From contig CAWIXR010000005.1 of the NCBI GenBank assembly GCA_963840145.1, positions 94,094 to 158,093 on the forward strand: a stretch of DNA of 64,000 nucleotides, written 5' to 3'. Shown here one piece after another: positions 49,101 to 58,746 of this stretch (the stretch's first letter is position 1; each line of letters opens with the position of its first letter). The position numbers and the translations under genes were made by a program. The stretch comes from an uncultured Chloroflexia bacterium (lineage in GTDB: Bacteria > Chloroflexota > Limnocylindria > QHBO01). The notes beneath the pieces are model-generated. The model was not told where the DNA came from. It saw nothing but the letters and a program-made list of their open reading frames with translations, and ran no database searches.

Positions 49101-51641
49101 ATGGGTGTTTTGCAGCGGACGGAGGCGGCCGAGCGCTCGAGGCTGCTGCGCGTCCGCGGCTACGACGTGGAGCTCGACCTGACGCGGGGCGAGGAGCTGT
49201 TCGGCTCGACTACGCGGATCGCGTTCGACTGCACCGAGCCGGGGGCGGCGACGTTCCTCGACCTTGCCGCGTCGAACGTCGAATCGGTCGTGCTCAACGG
49301 TCAACCGGTCGAGGCGGAGGCCGTCGATGGTGAGCGAATCGGCCTGGCGGCGCTGGAAGCGACCAACGAGCTCGTCGTCAGCGCGGACTGCTCCTACTCG
49401 CGGATGGGGGAGGGGCTGCATCGGTTCGTGGATCCGGCCGACGAAGAGGTCTACGTCTGGGCCGAGAGCGTCGTCAACAACGCCGGGCGCATCTTCGCCT
49501 GCTTCGACCAGCCCGACCTGAAGGCGCCGTTTCGGCTGCGAGTCCGCGCGCCGGCGCACTGGACCGTCCTCTCGAACGGCGCCGGCGAGAGCGACGGCAA
49601 CGGTTCGTGGACCTTCGAGGCCACGCCGCCGCTCTCGACGTACCTGATGGTGCTCGTCGGGGGCGCCTTCCACTCGGCGTACCAGACCCACGGCGCGATC
49701 CCGTTGGGCCTCCACGTCCGCCGTTCGCTTGGCGAGCACCTCGACTCGGATGAGCTCTTCGAGCAGACCCGCCAAGCCTTCGACTTCTACCACCGCGTCT
49801 TCGCCGTTCCGTACCCGTTCGGCAAGTACGACCAGGCCTTCCTGCCCGAGTACGAGATGGGCGCGATGGAGAACCCCGGCTGCGTGAAGTTCAGCGACAA
49901 GTTCATCTTCCGCTCGCGCGTGACCGATGACGAGCGCGCCGAACGCGCGATCACGATCGCGCACGAGATGGCGCACATGTGGTTCGGCGACCTCGTGACG
50001 ATGCGCTGGTGGGACGACCTGTGGCTGAACGAGTCGTTCGCCGAGTACATCGGCACGCTGGCGACGGACCAGTCGATGCGCTTCAGCTCTAGGTGGGCGT
50101 GGTTCTGCGCGGCGATGAAGGCCTGGGGCTACCGACAGGACGAGCTGCCCTCGACCCATCCGATCGCGGCCGATGCGCCCGACACCGAGGCGGCGCTCCT
50201 CAACCTCGACGGGATCTCGTATGCCAAGGGCGCCGGGGTCCTGAAGCAGCTCGTCGCGTGGGTCGGCTTCGACGCCTTTGTCACCGGGCTGCGGGACTAC
50301 TTCGACCGCCATGCGTACGGGAGCACGACGCTGGCCGATCTGCTCGCGGCCCTCGAGCCCGCCAGTGGCCGGGACCTCGGCGCGTGGAGCAAGGAGTGGC
50401 TCGAGACGGCCGGCGTGAACGTGTTGCGCTCGGAGATCCACGAGGACGGCGACGCGTATCGGTCGGTGGCGGTGCTCCAGGAGGCGCCGGCCGACCATCC
50501 CACGCTGCGCTCGCACCGGATCGCGATCGGCCTGTACGACCAGGACGGTGACCGTCTCGTGCGTCGCGATCGGATCGAGGTCGATGTCGTCGGCGTCCGG
50601 ACCGAGGTGCCGGCGCTCGCCGGCGTCCGCGTGCCGGACCTGCTGCTCCTCAACGACGACGACCTGACCTGGGCGAAGATCCGGCTCGACCCGCGCTCGC
50701 TGGCAACGGTCCGAGCCGGCGGGCTGTCCGGCCTCGACGACGCGCTGCCGCGCGCGCTGATCTGGGCCTCGACGTGGGACACGGCCCGCGACGCCGAGCT
50801 GCCGGCGGGAGACTACGTCTCGTTCGTGATCGGCTCGGTCGGCGCGGAGCGCGACGTCTCGCTCGTCGAGGACATTCTTGGGCGGGCCCGGTTGGCGATC
50901 GACCGATACGGCCTGCCGGACGAGCGAGACGCCCGACTCGCCGCGCTCGCGGCGCGCAGCGCCGAGCTCCTGGCCGCGGCGGAGGCGGGGAGCGACCTCC
51001 AGGTCATCTTCGCGCGCGTCTACGCTCGCTCGGCGGCCGCCGGTGACGACGCGGCCCGCATCGCCGGCTGGCTGGATGGACGCGAGGTTCCCGTCGGGCT
51101 GACCCTCGACCCCGAGCTGCGCTGGCTGATCGTCAAGCGGCTGGCCGTCATCGGTGCGGCGGATGATGCGGCCATCGCCGCCGAGCTCGAGCGCGATGCG
51201 ACCTCCCACGGCGCAGAATCGGCGACCGCGGCGCGGGTCTCACGACCGACCGCGGAGGCCAAAGCCGCGGCATGGGAGTCGGTCGCCGGCTCGGACTCCC
51301 TCTCGGTCGCGATCCTCCGCGCGACGACCGAGAACTTCTGGCACACCGAGCAGCTCGAGCTGTGCGCGCCGTACGTCGAGCCGTACCTCGCCGCGCTGCC
51401 GGGGATCTGGCGAACGCGGCCGGCAGAGGCGGCGTGGAACATCACGCGCGCGATGTTCCCGGCGCTGCTCGTCTCGCGGAACACCGTCGAGCTCGTCAGC
51501 CGCGCGCTCGACGCGGATCTCGACGACGCGCTGCGACGGGTGCTCGTCGAGGGCCGCGACGACCTCGAACGGGCGCTGCGGGCTCGCGCCGCGGACCGCG
51601 CCGATCAGCCGAGCCAGGCGATCGTCACCAGCTCGGCATAG
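49101..51641 (+). CDS. pepN: aminopeptidase N (M1 family)
   Basis: HEMAHMWFGDLVT...WLNESFAEY (HExxH + E) zinc site and GAMEN motif. Confidence 0.9.
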   Translation: MGVLQRTEAAERSRLLRVRGYDVELDLTRGEELFGSTTRIAFDCTEPGAATFLDLAASNVESVVLNGQPVEAEAVDGERIGLAALEATNELVVSADCSYSRMGEGLHRFVDPADEEVYVWAESVVNNAGRIFACFDQPDLKAPFRLRVRAPAHWTVLSNGAGESDGNGSWTFEATPPLSTYLMVLVGGAFHSAYQTHGAIPLGLHVRRSLGEHLDSDELFEQTRQAFDFYHRVFAVPYPFGKYDQAFLPEYEMGAMENPGCVKFSDKFIFRSRVTDDERAERAITIAHEMAHMWFGDLVTMRWWDDLWLNESFAEYIGTLATDQSMRFSSRWAWFCAAMKAWGYRQDELPSTHPIAADAPDTEAALLNLDGISYAKGAGVLKQLVAWVGFDAFVTGLRDYFDRHAYGSTTLADLLAALEPASGRDLGAWSKEWLETAGVNVLRSEIHEDGDAYRSVAVLQEAPADHPTLRSHRIAIGLYDQDGDRLVRRDRIEVDVVGVRTEVPALAGVRVPDLLLLNDDDLTWAKIRLDPRSLATVRAGGLSGLDDALPRALIWASTWDTARDAELPAGDYVSFVIGSVGAERDVSLVEDILGRARLAIDRYGLPDERDARLAALAARSAELLAAAEAGSDLQVIFARVYARSAAAGDDAARIAGWLDGREVPVGLTLDPELRWLIVKRLAVIGAADDAAIAAELERDATSHGAESATAARVSRPTAEAKAAAWESVAGSDSLSVAILRATTENFWHTEQLELCAPYVEPYLAALPGIWRTRPAEAAWNITRAMFPALLVSRNTVELVSRALDADLDDALRRVLVEGRDDLERALRARAADRADQPSQAIVTSSA

Positions 51642-52384
51642 AGCGCCTCGACGTCCACTGACACGCCGCGCCGGCCGAACCAGTCGCCGACGTTGGCGAC
51701 ATCCCGGTGCAGCAGCTCGAAGGCATCGGGGTTGGTCGTGAACTCCACGGCCTGCGGCAGGTCGATCACCACCAGCCGCCCCTTCCACCACAGCAGGTTG
51801 TAGGCGGACAGGTCGGCGTGGGCGAGGCCGGCCGCGGTCAGCGCACGCAGGTTGCCGGCCAGCTGCGCCCAGGCCGATGCGAGCTCATCGGCCTTCAAGC
51901 GTGCCTGCGCCAGCTTCGGTGCCGCCTCCGACTCGTCGCCGATGAACTCCATCAGGAAGCCGTCCTCGCTCTGCTCGACCGGGAACGGGACCGATACGCC
52001 CGCCTCCCAGGCACGACGGACGACCGCCCACTCCTGCATCGGCCACAGCTGGGCGGCCAGCTCGAGGCCGTGGCGGCTCTTGTTGCCGGCCGCGAGCGCG
52101 CGACGGTCGCGCGCGCCGACGTTCCAGCCCTCGCGGTACATGGCGTGGCGCCGGAACGACGACGAGTTCGAGAAGCCCTCGTCCCGGAGCTGGTCCTTGC
52201 CGGGATGGCGGATGCGGTATCGCTTGTGGGCGAGCAGGCGCGGACCGGACTCGGCGAAGCGACGCTCCACCAGGAAGATCTCGGCCTCCTTGCCGGACTT
52301 GAGGGTGCCGCGCGGGATGTCGGTGTAGGCCTCGCCATCGGGCCAGGCGAACGACGGCCCGCGCAGCGGATGCGTGACGGACAC
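51605..52384 (-). CDS. RIO1-like atypical protein kinase
   Basis: HADLSAYNLLWWKGRLVVIDLPQAV catalytic/metal-binding loop typical of RIO kinases. Confidence 0.6.
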   Translation of the reverse strand: MSVTHPLRGPSFAWPDGEAYTDIPRGTLKSGKEAEIFLVERRFAESGPRLLAHKRYRIRHPGKDQLRDEGFSNSSSFRRHAMYREGWNVGARDRRALAAGNKSRHGLELAAQLWPMQEWAVVRRAWEAGVSVPFPVEQSEDGFLMEFIGDESEAAPKLAQARLKADELASAWAQLAGNLRALTAAGLAHADLSAYNLLWWKGRLVVIDLPQAVEFTTNPDAFELLHRDVANVGDWFGRRGVSVDVEALYAELVTIAWLG

Positions 52385-52615
52385 GAGAAAACGCTCCCGT
52401 TTCGGGGTGGGACATGGGTGAATTCGTCCCGACCGCCTGGGAGCGCCGGTGCCTCAGGTCAGACCGATGAGGTCAGGCGTGCTCCGCACGGCCGGGAGGA
52501 ACGACAAGGGCGATCGTCACTGCCTTGGTCCTCCTGGTGAGATGGTTCGATGGTCGGGCGGCATGATGCCCCACCGTTACGGTTGGCGCAAGGTGCCCGG
52601 CCCTAGACTGCCACG

Positions 52616-53377
52616 GTGACCTTCGACGTGGCCGCCGATTCCTACGACCGCTTCATGGGCCGATACTCGCGCCTCCTGTCGCCGCAGATGGCCGATCTCG
52701 CTGGAATCGCAGGCGGCCAGCGCGCGCTCGACGTCGGCTGCGGCCCCGGCGCGCTGACCGAGGAGCTGGTGCGCCGTCTTGGCGCCGATGCCGTGACGGC
52801 GGTCGACCCATCCGGGCCGTTCGTCGAGGCTGCGCGTGCCCGTCACCCAGGCGTCACGGTCCTCGCGGCGAGCGCCGAGGCGCTGCCCTTCGACGATGAC
52901 GCCTTCGACGTGGCGATCGCGCAGCTCGTCGTCCACTTCATGGCCGATCCGGTCGCCGGCCTTGCCGAGATGCGTCGCGTCTCACGCCCCGGCGGCGTGG
53001 TGGCGGCCTGCGTCTGGGATCTCGCCGGCGGGCGGGCGCCGCTCAGCGACTTCTGGCGCGTTGCGCGGGAGCTCGACTCCGACGTCGCGGACGAGTCGTT
53101 GATGGCCGGCGCGCGCGAAGGCCACCTCGCCGAGCTCTTCGAGTCGGCCGGTTTCCGCGACGTCCAGCCTGCGGCTCTATCGGTCAGCCACGAGCATGCC
53201 GGATTCGACGACTGGTGGGAGCCGTACACGCTGGGCGTCGGCCCGGCCGGCAGCTACGTGGCTCGACTGGACGACGGCCATCGGGCCGCGCTTCGGGAGA
53301 GGGCGCGCGAGATGATGCCGAGCGGCCCCTTCACGCTCACCGCCTGGGCCTGGGCGGCCCGCGCCGTCAGTCCCTAG
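52616..53377 (+). CDS. class I SAM-dependent methyltransferase
   Basis: LDVGCGPG motif I. Confidence 0.8.
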   Translation: MTFDVAADSYDRFMGRYSRLLSPQMADLAGIAGGQRALDVGCGPGALTEELVRRLGADAVTAVDPSGPFVEAARARHPGVTVLAASAEALPFDDDAFDVAIAQLVVHFMADPVAGLAEMRRVSRPGGVVAACVWDLAGGRAPLSDFWRVARELDSDVADESLMAGAREGHLAELFESAGFRDVQPAALSVSHEHAGFDDWWEPYTLGVGPAGSYVARLDDGHRAALRERAREMMPSGPFTLTAWAWAARAVSP

Positions 53378-53440
53378 ACAGCGCCGCCTCGCGCGCTTCG
53401 TGCGCATCAGTGGCCGATCTATCGGCCGCGCGGTCGGTGC

Positions 53441-53460
53441 TGATAACAAAAGTGTTATCA
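53441..53460. promoter_or_regulatory. perfect inverted repeat TGATAAC-N6-GTTATCA immediately upstream of the XRE gene
   Basis: Ends 8 nt before the ATG at 53469. AT-rich island. A second palindrome GGCCGAT-CT-ATCGGCC lies at 53413-53428. Confidence 0.55.
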
Positions 53461-53468
53461 TCCGACCG

Positions 53469-53798
53469 ATGAATGCCGCACGAGCCCTTCGATACGCCCG
53501 CCGACACGCCGGCCTGACCCAGCGAGCCCTGGCCGCCAGGGCCGGCGTGCCCCAGCCGGCGATTGCTCGCATCGAGGCGGGTGCCGTTTCGCCACGGGTG
53601 GACACGCTCTCGCACTTGATCGCCGCGACCGGGAGCACGCTCGAGCTGGCTCCGAGGGTCGGCGCTGGCGTCGACCGCACGATGCTCGCGGCCACCCTGG
53701 CGATGACGCCCGAGGAACGCATCGAGGCCGCCGGCCGAGCCGGGACGAGCCTCGCGGCCTTCCGGGACGAGGTCCGACGTGGCCGGACGGGCGCCTGA
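53469..53798 (+). CDS. XRE-family HTH transcriptional regulator (putative antitoxin of an NTase module)
   Basis: GLTQRALAARAGVPQPAIARIE HTH. The alternative start at 53400 would place the operator inside the CDS. Confidence 0.7.
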   Translation: MNAARALRYARRHAGLTQRALAARAGVPQPAIARIEAGAVSPRVDTLSHLIAATGSTLELAPRVGAGVDRTMLAATLAMTPEERIEAAGRAGTSLAAFRDEVRRGRTGA

Positions 53799-54279
53799 CT
53801 TCCGGCCCGCGGAGGTCATCGGCCTCCTCGGCCGTCATGAGGTCCGCTACGTCCTGATCGGCGGCCTCGCCGCGATCACGCATGGGGCCGGCGTCGTCAC
53901 GCAGGACGTCGACGTCTGCCACGCACGCGATCCTGAGAATCTGGAGCGCCTGGCCGATGCGCTGCGCGAGGTCCACGCCGACCTCCGCGGTGCCGAGCCG
54001 GGCCTGCCGTTTCGGCTCGACGCCAAGGCGCTGGAGCGCGGGGACTCGTTCACCTTCACGACGGACGTCGGCTGGGTCGACATCCTGGGCACGCCCTCCG
54101 GCGGCGTGGGCTACGAAGAGCTGGCTCGGACGGCCGATGCGTACACGCTCTTCGGTCACCGAGTCCTGGTCGCATCGCTCGAGGACCTCATTCGGATGAA
54201 GCGAGCGGCCGGTCGCCCCAAGGACCTGCTCGCGGTGGAGGAGCTTGGCGCCCTCCGGGACGAGATCGATCGGTCCTAG
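53779..54279 (+). CDS. minimal nucleotidyltransferase (Pol-beta superfamily, AbiEii/MNT-like)
   Basis: LIGGLAAITHGAGVVTQDVDV (G[GS]...DxD) and C-terminal LEDLIRMKRAAGRPKDLLAV. 20-nt overlap with the XRE gene. Confidence 0.6.
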   Translation: MAGRAPDFRPAEVIGLLGRHEVRYVLIGGLAAITHGAGVVTQDVDVCHARDPENLERLADALREVHADLRGAEPGLPFRLDAKALERGDSFTFTTDVGWVDILGTPSGGVGYEELARTADAYTLFGHRVLVASLEDLIRMKRAAGRPKDLLAVEELGALRDEIDRS

Positions 54280-54659
54280 AAGGCCCGGGGCACGATTGTT
54301 GCGGATGCGTTGGCTCCGTCACATCAGGTGGGCAGGTGGACCGTCGTCGATTCGAGTTGCAGGTCGAGGCAGTGCTCGTCGTGTATCGCGCGCACCGTCG
54401 AACCGGGCGCCCGGAGTCGATGGGGCCTCTGCGCCAACGCAGCCACGAGATCCTGGATGGCCTCGCCTCGGAAACCGACGGCGACCCGAAACGAGCACAT
54501 CTGCTTGTGGACGCGCGGCAGGAGCTGGATGCACCGGTCGGTGACGGCCAGGACTAGTTCCGAGCGGCCTCGCCCAATAACCGTTCGACGGACTCCGTCA
54601 GCTCAGCGATCGCGAACGGTGTACGAGCAGGCATAGACCCGCGCCGATAGCATCCGGAC

Positions 54660-55073
54660 GTGGATCGTCCCGTTGCCCGCGGTTTCGTCGCCGTCTACGG
54701 CACGCTGCGCCGCGGCCAGCGCAACCACGGGCTGCTCCGCGGGGCGCCGCTGGTCGGCAGCGGCCACGTGGACGGCGTGCTGCACGAGGTGCCGCGGGCG
54801 CCGTATCGGCCGTATGCCTATCCGGCGCTCGTGGAAGGCGACGGTCGCGTGGTCGTCGAGGTCTATCCGCTCGCGGACGAGGCGATGCTGGCGACGCTCG
54901 ACGCGCTCGAGCTGTACGACCCGGCCGACGAGGCCGGATCGCAGTACGTGCGGCGGCTCGCGCGGATGTACGACCAACCGGTTGACCATGCCTACGTCTA
55001 CTTCTACAACGGCCCGCCGGAGGAGCTCGGCGACGTCATCGAGGGCGGTGACTGGGTCGCGCGAGGTAAGTAG
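54660..55073 (+). CDS. gamma-glutamylcyclotransferase (AIG2/GGCT-like) family protein
   Basis: [15 protein letters not shown]-terminal motif. Confidence 0.7.
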   Translation: MDRPVARGFVAVYGTLRRGQRNHGLLRGAPLVGSGHVDGVLHEVPRAPYRPYAYPALVEGDGRVVVEVYPLADEAMLATLDALELYDPADEAGSQYVRRLARMYDQPVDHAYVYFYNGPPEELGDVIEGGDWVARGK

Positions 55074-55107
55074 ACGACCGGCCCAATGCGACGGCGATCG
55101 GAACGCG

Positions 55108-55734
55108 CTAGCGCCGCAGGCCTCCAACCACCAGGCCGATGACGTGGGCCGCCACCTGGCGCGCGCGCTCGCGCTGGTCTGCGCGGATCCCGATCGCGCC
55201 CTCCAGGATCAGCGACGCCAGGCCATGGACCGATGACCAGGCCGTGACGGCGGCGCCGCCCGCATCGGTCCCGTCGCGCAGCAGCCCCTGGTCGGCGGCG
55301 TCCTGGACGACGGCCATCAGCGTGGCGAAGGCGCCGCCACCGGCGAGGTCGGCCTCGGTTGGCGCATCCGTGTCGGTCGATCTGCTCAGCTCGGTCCTGA
55401 ACATCAGCCGATACCGCTGCGGGTGGTCCAGCGCGAAGTCGACGTAGGCGAGGCCCATCGCCTCGAGGCGGTCGAACGGATCGTCGCCGGAGACCAATGC
55501 CGCATCGGCCAAAGCCGAGCCGAGCAGCTCGAAGCTCTCGGCCACGATCCCGCGGACCAGCGCGCCCCGATCGGCGAAGTGGTGGTAGGGGGCGGCGTGG
55601 CTCACGCCGGCGCGGCGCGCCACCTCGCGCAGGGTGAAGCCGTCCGGACCGCGCTCGGAGAGGAGCGCAAGGCCCGAGTCCAGCAGCGCCCGTCGCAGGT
55701 TGCCGTGGTGGTAGCTCGACCGCTTCGCCGTCAT
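55108..55734 (-). CDS. TetR/AcrR family transcriptional regulator
   Basis: FTLREVARRAGVSHAAPYHHF HTH. Divergent from the SDR gene. Confidence 0.85.
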   Translation of the reverse strand: MTAKRSSYHHGNLRRALLDSGLALLSERGPDGFTLREVARRAGVSHAAPYHHFADRGALVRGIVAESFELLGSALADAALVSGDDPFDRLEAMGLAYVDFALDHPQRYRLMFRTELSRSTDTDAPTEADLAGGGAFATLMAVVQDAADQGLLRDGTDAGGAAVTAWSSVHGLASLILEGAIGIRADQRERARQVAAHVIGLVVGGLRR

Positions 55735-55811
55735 GAACTTGACACCGTCTAGATACGGTCCTAGGATCGCTATCTTACCACTGACTAGATTAGCGCGGAA
55801 GGACGAAACCA

Positions 55812-56714
55812 ATGAGCACGGACCAGGAGCTGCACGTCGTCATCGGTGGCACCGGCGCCATCGGCGGAGCGGTCGTCGAGGAGCTATCGCGGCGCGGACG
55901 CCGCGTCCGCGCAATCGGCCGCAAGGACGGCGACCTCATGGACAGCCGGCAGGCGATCGACGCCGTCGCGGGCGCATCGGTCGTGTACGCCTGTGCCGCT
56001 CCGGAGTACACGCGCTGGGTTGAGGAGTTTCCGACGCTCCAGGCGAACGTCGCGGACGCCGCGGAGGCGGCGGGGGCGAGGCTCGTCGTCGTCGAGAACC
56101 TGTACATGTACGGGCCGACGGATGGACCCATGACCGAGTCGACGCCGATGGCGGCGACCGGCAAGAAGGGTGGCCTGCGAGCCCGGCTCAGCAACGAGCT
56201 CTTAGAGCGGCATGCCGGCGGCAGGCTGCGCGTCGCGATCGGCCGAGCGTCCGACTATTACGGCCCGCGCGCCGTCAATTCGGCGGTCGGGGAGCAGTTC
56301 TTCGGCGCCGTGGCGCGCGGCAAGGCGCCCCGCTGGATGGGCCGTCTGGACCAGCCGCACGCGCTCTCGTTCCTTCCCGACATCGCCGCCGGGCTCGTGA
56401 CCCTCGGCGAGCATCCTGAGGGCGACGGCCAGGCCTGGCACCTGCCTGTCAGCCCTGCGCTGAGCGGCGCGGAGTGGTCCGAGCGGACTGCGGCGATCGT
56501 CGGGCGCCCGGTGCGGCCGTCGCGGGTGACGCGGCCGATGCTCCTCGGCCTCGGTCTATTCATGCCGCTGCTGCGGGAGCTGCGCGAGACGCTGTACCAG
56601 TGGGAGCGTCCATGGGTCGTCGACGACTCGAAATTCCGCACCGCGTTCGACGTCGGCGCCACGGACGCCGACGAGGCGATCCGCCGGTCACTCGATTGGT
56701 TCGATCGGCGCTGA
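55812..56714 (+). CDS. NAD(P)-dependent epimerase/dehydratase (atypical SDR/NmrA-like) family protein
   Basis: VIGGTGAIG Rossmann motif. Confidence 0.75.
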   Translation: MSTDQELHVVIGGTGAIGGAVVEELSRRGRRVRAIGRKDGDLMDSRQAIDAVAGASVVYACAAPEYTRWVEEFPTLQANVADAAEAAGARLVVVENLYMYGPTDGPMTESTPMAATGKKGGLRARLSNELLERHAGGRLRVAIGRASDYYGPRAVNSAVGEQFFGAVARGKAPRWMGRLDQPHALSFLPDIAAGLVTLGEHPEGDGQAWHLPVSPALSGAEWSERTAAIVGRPVRPSRVTRPMLLGLGLFMPLLRELRETLYQWERPWVVDDSKFRTAFDVGATDADEAIRRSLDWFDRR

Positions 56715-56760
56715 CGCGCTAGCCTTTGGGTCCACGTCAACGCACTCACAGGAGGGGAAT

Positions 56761-57603
56761 GTGTCCGTGACAGCACGCGCCGGGCGACGCGGGATCGTCG
56801 CCACCATCACCGCGCTCGTCCTGGTCCTCACCGCGCTCGTCCAATCGGTTGCGGCCGCGCCGAAGCCCGAGCCGCGCATCATCGGGGGCGAGCCCGCCGA
56901 CTTCGGGGAGTACCCGTTCATGGTCGCGCTCCTCTTCGAGCCAACGGCCGGCAACGACTTCCAGAAGCAGTTCTGCGGCGGATCGCTGATCGCCTCGCGC
57001 TGGGTCCTGACCGCGGCGCATTGTGCCGACTTCCTGGCAGGGCCGGAGGAGGTGGCCGTGGCCGTCAGCCGCACTCACCTCAACAGCACCGAGGGCCAGC
57101 GGATCGCGGTCCGATCGATCCACATCCATCCCGATTACGACCCGAACCAGATCTCTCCCGACGTCGCGCTGCTCGAGCTTGCCAGGCCGGTGAGGGGCAT
57201 CACGCCCATTCGGCTGGCCGGACCGAGCGACAACGGCTTCGAGATCGCCGGGACCCAGCTGACCGTCATCGGCTGGGGCAACACCTCGAAGACCGGACAG
57301 GCGAGCTTCCCGAACGAGCTTCGCGAGGTCGTCGTGCCGGTGGTGGCCGACGCGACGTGCGACACGGCGTATCACGGCTTCGTGACGGTCGAGACGCAGC
57401 TATGCGCGGGCCAGAAGGGGGTCGACAGCTGCGGTGGCGACAGCGGCGGGCCGCTGTTCGCGACCACGTCGAGCGGCACTCGGATCCAGGTAGGGATCGT
57501 GTCCTACGGCATCGGGTGCGCCAAGCAGCGCTACCCCGGCGTGTACACCGAGGTCAACAGCCCGACGGTTCGCAGCTTCATCGCCGAGGTCGCCGGGGTC
57601 TAG
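56761..57603 (+). CDS. secreted trypsin-like serine protease (S1 family)
   Basis: Signal peptide, IIGG mature N-terminus, TAAHC (His), DVALL (Asp), GDSGGP (Ser). Confidence 0.85.
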   Translation: MSVTARAGRRGIVATITALVLVLTALVQSVAAAPKPEPRIIGGEPADFGEYPFMVALLFEPTAGNDFQKQFCGGSLIASRWVLTAAHCADFLAGPEEVAVAVSRTHLNSTEGQRIAVRSIHIHPDYDPNQISPDVALLELARPVRGITPIRLAGPSDNGFEIAGTQLTVIGWGNTSKTGQASFPNELREVVVPVVADATCDTAYHGFVTVETQLCAGQKGVDSCGGDSGGPLFATTSSGTRIQVGIVSYGIGCAKQRYPGVYTEVNSPTVRSFIAEVAGV

Positions 57604-57627
57604 GCAAGCCCAGACCGATCGACCTCG

Positions 57628-57735
57628 ATGCGACCGACAGTCGCCCGGGCGCTGCCGCCGCTCGCCATCGCGTTCGCGCTGGTGGCGTGCGCTGGCGGCG
57701 CATCGGTCCCGTCGCCGGAGGTCCCCGACCGATGA
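57628..57735 (+). pseudogene. lipoprotein signal-peptide remnant (truncated after 35 codons)
   Basis: MRPTVARALPPLAIAFALVACAGG..., then a stop 14 codons after the lipobox. Confidence 0.3.
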
Positions 57736-57964
57736 CCTAGGCGCCCCGTTCTTGTTCCAGCGCGCCGTCGTGCTCGTGCCTCCGGTCGATCTCTGGTATG
57801 TCGACTGGTACTCCGACTTCGGCGACGAGGGCGGAGATCGCCAGGGCTTCCTCCCGTTCGTCCGCTCGTTCATTCCGGCTCCCGACTTCGGAGACGAGGA
57901 GGGAGCCTTACGATGCGGCTGCGGCCCAATCCGTTTCGGAGGCGTGGACGAAACTGTCAGGGAT

Positions 57965-57982
57965 TATATCGATAGTGATATA
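57965..57982. promoter_or_regulatory. 18-bp element TATATCGATAGTGATATA (upstream copy), candidate operator
   Basis: Ends 8 nt before the ATG at 57991. Contains the palindrome TATCGATA. Identical copy at 58729-58746. Confidence 0.45.
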
Positions 57983-57990
57983 TTCGGTGA

Positions 57991-58689
57991 ATGGACGCGA
58001 CGGCGATCGGACCGACGGTCAGGTGGGCGCGCAAACGCGCCGGTATGACCCAGCACGAGCTCGCGCAGGCGACGGGCCTGCCCCAGCCGAGCATCGCGCG
58101 AATCGAGAGCGGAGCGGTGGTCCCGCGGACGGCGACGCTGATCACCATCCTGCACGCCGCCGGGCACCGGCTCGCCATTGAACCGATCGGTTCAGTGGTG
58201 GATCGCGAGGCCATCCGCAGACAGTTGGCCCTGACTGTGCCGCGACGCACGCAACTTGCACTCGGGCGCGCTGCGAAGGACCCGATGACCAGTCCCGTTC
58301 GGATCCTGCGTCGGCTGCGCCGCTTCAGCGTGCCGTTCGTGCTGGTCGGCGACCTGGCGGAAGTCGCGCACGGCGCGCTCGGGAAGGTCGGCGGTCTCAT
58401 CGAGGTCTGCGTCGCGACGACTGATATCGCCCGCGAGCGGCTCGAGCTCGCCAGGAAAGACCTTGGCGAGTCAGCCGATCCCAGCCGCCTGCACGTCCTG
58501 ACCAGCACCGTCGCCGGCGACGACTATGACGTGCTCGTTCGCAATGCCGTCCGCTTGCGGGTGGACGCGGGATTGCTCGTACCGGTCGCAGCCGTCCAGG
58601 ACCTGATCCGCGTCCGACGTGCGCGCCGCGCACCCGACGACGAGGCGGCAGCGGCTACCCTCGCCGCCATCCTCGACGAGTCGGCCTAG
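57991..58689 (+). CDS. fused XRE-HTH / nucleotidyltransferase-like protein (paralogue of the 53469-54279 module, NTase motif degenerate)
   Basis: N-terminal GMTQHELAQATGLPQPSIARIE. C-terminal FVLVGDLAEVAHGA...QDLIRVRRARRAPDD is collinear with the split NTase but lacks the DxD pair. Confidence 0.6.
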   Translation: MDATAIGPTVRWARKRAGMTQHELAQATGLPQPSIARIESGAVVPRTATLITILHAAGHRLAIEPIGSVVDREAIRRQLALTVPRRTQLALGRAAKDPMTSPVRILRRLRRFSVPFVLVGDLAEVAHGALGKVGGLIEVCVATTDIARERLELARKDLGESADPSRLHVLTSTVAGDDYDVLVRNAVRLRVDAGLLVPVAAVQDLIRVRRARRAPDDEAAAATLAAILDESA

Positions 58690-58728
58690 TCAGCTCGTTT
58701 CCTGGGCGTTGTTGCCCCTGTCGACGAA

Positions 58729-58746
58729 TATATCGATAGTGATATA
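58729..58746. repeat. 18-bp element TATATCGATAGTGATATA (downstream copy)
   Basis: Perfect direct repeat of 57965-57982. It lies between convergent gene ends. Confidence 0.45.
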
